Source: Vicugna vicugna
Lineage: Eukaryota
Direction: 5' to 3'
Assembly: GCA_013265495.1 (NCBI GenBank)
Contig: MU059781.1
Location: 1,897,667-1,961,666, forward strand
Length of the DNA: 64,000 nucleotides
A program made the position numbers and the translations under genes. Below are positions 62,110-64,000 of this stretch, piece by piece. The notes beneath the pieces were generated by a model. That model made no database searches, was not told the origin of the DNA, and saw only the letters and a list, made by a program, of their open reading frames with translations. The stretch's first letter is position 1. Each line of letters opens with the position of its first letter.

Positions 62110-63509
62110 GGGAGGGAGCCTTCTCTTAAACAGCCCACCGTGACAACAGCCTGAGCATGAGTGACCTCACCTTTCCTTCCCAATCATGAGGACTTAACTG
62201 CTGCTTTACAAGAATGCCTTTACATGCTGAAGACCTTCTAAGCCAGATACACATTTGTTTTCCATTAGGAGACAAAAGGGGGGCCCTCTGTGCCTAGTGC
62301 TATGGGGTCTGCAGCACAAAAACTGGAGATGGGCAAGAAGAAGCCAAGGCCTGCCCTGGGAGGCGGATGCCTCTCCAGGCTCCCCAGTCTCGAACAGCTG
62401 AGATGTCCGTGGGAGCTAATTTAATTAGAAACAGCAGCGTCAGGTGAGGCCGGTTCCTTCCACGCTGGTATTTCAACGGAACCTCTCAGAGGCCGCCTTC
62501 CAGGATAATCGCTCCCCTGAGGTTCTCCCTCGGTTTCCCACTTGACCTTTCCCTGTTCTGGTGGGCCTTCAAGTAGAAATGGATTCTGACAGCTGGAAAC
62601 AGCATGCAATTATTTATAGCAAATTCAGGATTGATGTGGTTTCATCAATCTTTATTTTCTGGTTTTTCAGATTCACCGTGGCCTGTGCTCAATGGCAGTT
62701 TATGGAAACGAAGACGGATGCTTCCCTGTCTTTCCAGCTTCAACCACCGGCATCCCTTTTCCTACCAAGGGGCCTAAATGATCTCATTCCTTTCTGGAAG
62801 CCTTTTTTAAAAAAATGCCTTGTATCTCCTTGGCCACCAAGGCTTATTCCCTTTATTGAAAGCTGATGTGGACTGGGCACGGCTGAATCGCTGGCCTCCT
62901 ACGGGACTTACGGGGGTAAGGAATGCCCCTGGGGTGACCAAAGCTTGCTTCAAAAGAAAACTCAGAACAGAACCCGCTTCACCTGTTTTTCATCCACCCA
63001 AATCCTACCATTCTCCGAAGGCACAGTGCGGTGTCACCCGCTCTGCGAAGCTGTCTCTGACATTTTCTGAGTTCCTACAACATTTGGTATCTTTACTGCA
63101 TTATACGGATATATCGACATTCAAGTACAAGCAAATCTGAAACCAGGAGTTAGGGAGGACCTTTCTAGCCTGAGGCTACCCTTAGCATCTAACTCACTTC
63201 TTTTGGTCCCGGCTGTACAGTGTGGAGATAATACCAATTGACGCAGCTAAGTGGGTGCCTATGATAGCCATTTTTAAACACCTCATTTTTAAACACTTCA
63301 ATTAAATGGATGTGGTAGGTGAAGCTTAGTTGCACAAAACCAACTTACCCTGGCAGCAATAAGCTAATGCAAAATTAATGTGTAGACGGTCAGCATGATA
63401 GGGTTTGCTGTAGAAAACTAGTGAATTTGTATTTTACTGCAGTTTTAAAAACACTTTATATACATTATATTATAAGCATATAATATAGCCACATACAAAT
63501 TATACCTCA

Positions 63510-64000
63510 AATGTTAAAGGCAGAATTACCCCATGTGACTGGCAACTCCATTCCTAGACATAATCCAACAGACATGAAAGCATAATACGCCCAGACACGG
63601 CTGTACATGAAAGTTCACAGCACGTTATTGACAAGAGCCAAGATGTGAAAACAGCCGAAATCCCATCAACGGATAGATGGATGAANNNNNNNNNNNNNNN
63701 NNNNNNNNNNNNNNNNNNNNNNNNNNNNNNNNNNNNNNNNNNNNNNNNNNNNNNNNNNNNNNNNNNNNNNNNNNNNNNNNNNNNNNNNNNNNNNNNNNNN
63801 NNNNNNNNNNNNNNNNNNNNNNNCTGCCCAGAACAGGCAAATCCATAGAGAAAGCAAGCAGATTAGTGGTTGTCTAGGGCTGGATGTGGGGCGTGGGAGG
63901 AATGGGGAGTGACTGCTAAAGGCCACAGGGTTTCTTTTTAGGGTGATGAAAATGTTCTAAAATCAGAGTGGTGATGGTTGCCCAACTTTGTAAACATACT
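63510..64000 (+). mobile_element. L1MB7/8-like LINE-1 fragment spanning the gap and running off the window
   Basis: gcaactccattcctag...ccatcaacggatagatggatgaa [N] aggcaaatccatagag...ggtgatgaaaatgttctaaaa. Confidence 0.8.
63686..63823. other. Assembly gap, 138 N
   Basis: N run seen directly; the flanks are collinear parts of one L1 element. Confidence 0.99.

Noticed and set aside
63625-63926. ORFs spanning the N run
   Set aside because: Artefacts of the assembly gap inside an L1 element.
1-64000. CRISPR array, operon, defence system or other novel multi-gene system
   Set aside because: No regularly spaced repeats, no dense coding region and no intact transposase or reverse transcriptase; the window is explained by one intron-rich mammalian gene plus common repeats.

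Overview
Mammalian genomic DNA, most likely a camelid (judged from vic-1-like tRNA-derived SINEs and a camelid-type L1 3' end, with no ruminant Bov-tA or pig PRE-1 elements seen). It carries most of CABLES1 (Cdk5 and Abl enzyme substrate 1) on the minus strand. I traced coding exons 2-10 by hand. All have GT-AG boundaries, their phases are compatible, and they sum to 1057 nt (1 nt + 351 aa + stop). A 3' UTR of about 2.7 kb follows, with a probable ATTAAA poly(A) site at 1661-1666. Exon 1 lies beyond the right edge. Introns hold typical mammalian repeats (L1MB/ME, L2, MIR, MLT1, Tigger/MER, MER5A), and there is a 138-N assembly gap near the right end. I found no novel multi-gene system, no prokaryote-like array and no RNA gene. 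The best leads are gene-regulatory and all are inference from sequence: a candidate truncating alternative last exon after exon 3, a cluster of substitutions in exon 6, inverted L1MB copies around the in-frame exon 8-9 block, a candidate poison exon in intron 7, tandem RFX X-boxes in intron 2, and several 3' UTR elements. Repeat subfamily names and boundaries come from memory of consensus sequences and are approximate. Human comparisons are from recall, not from a database search.
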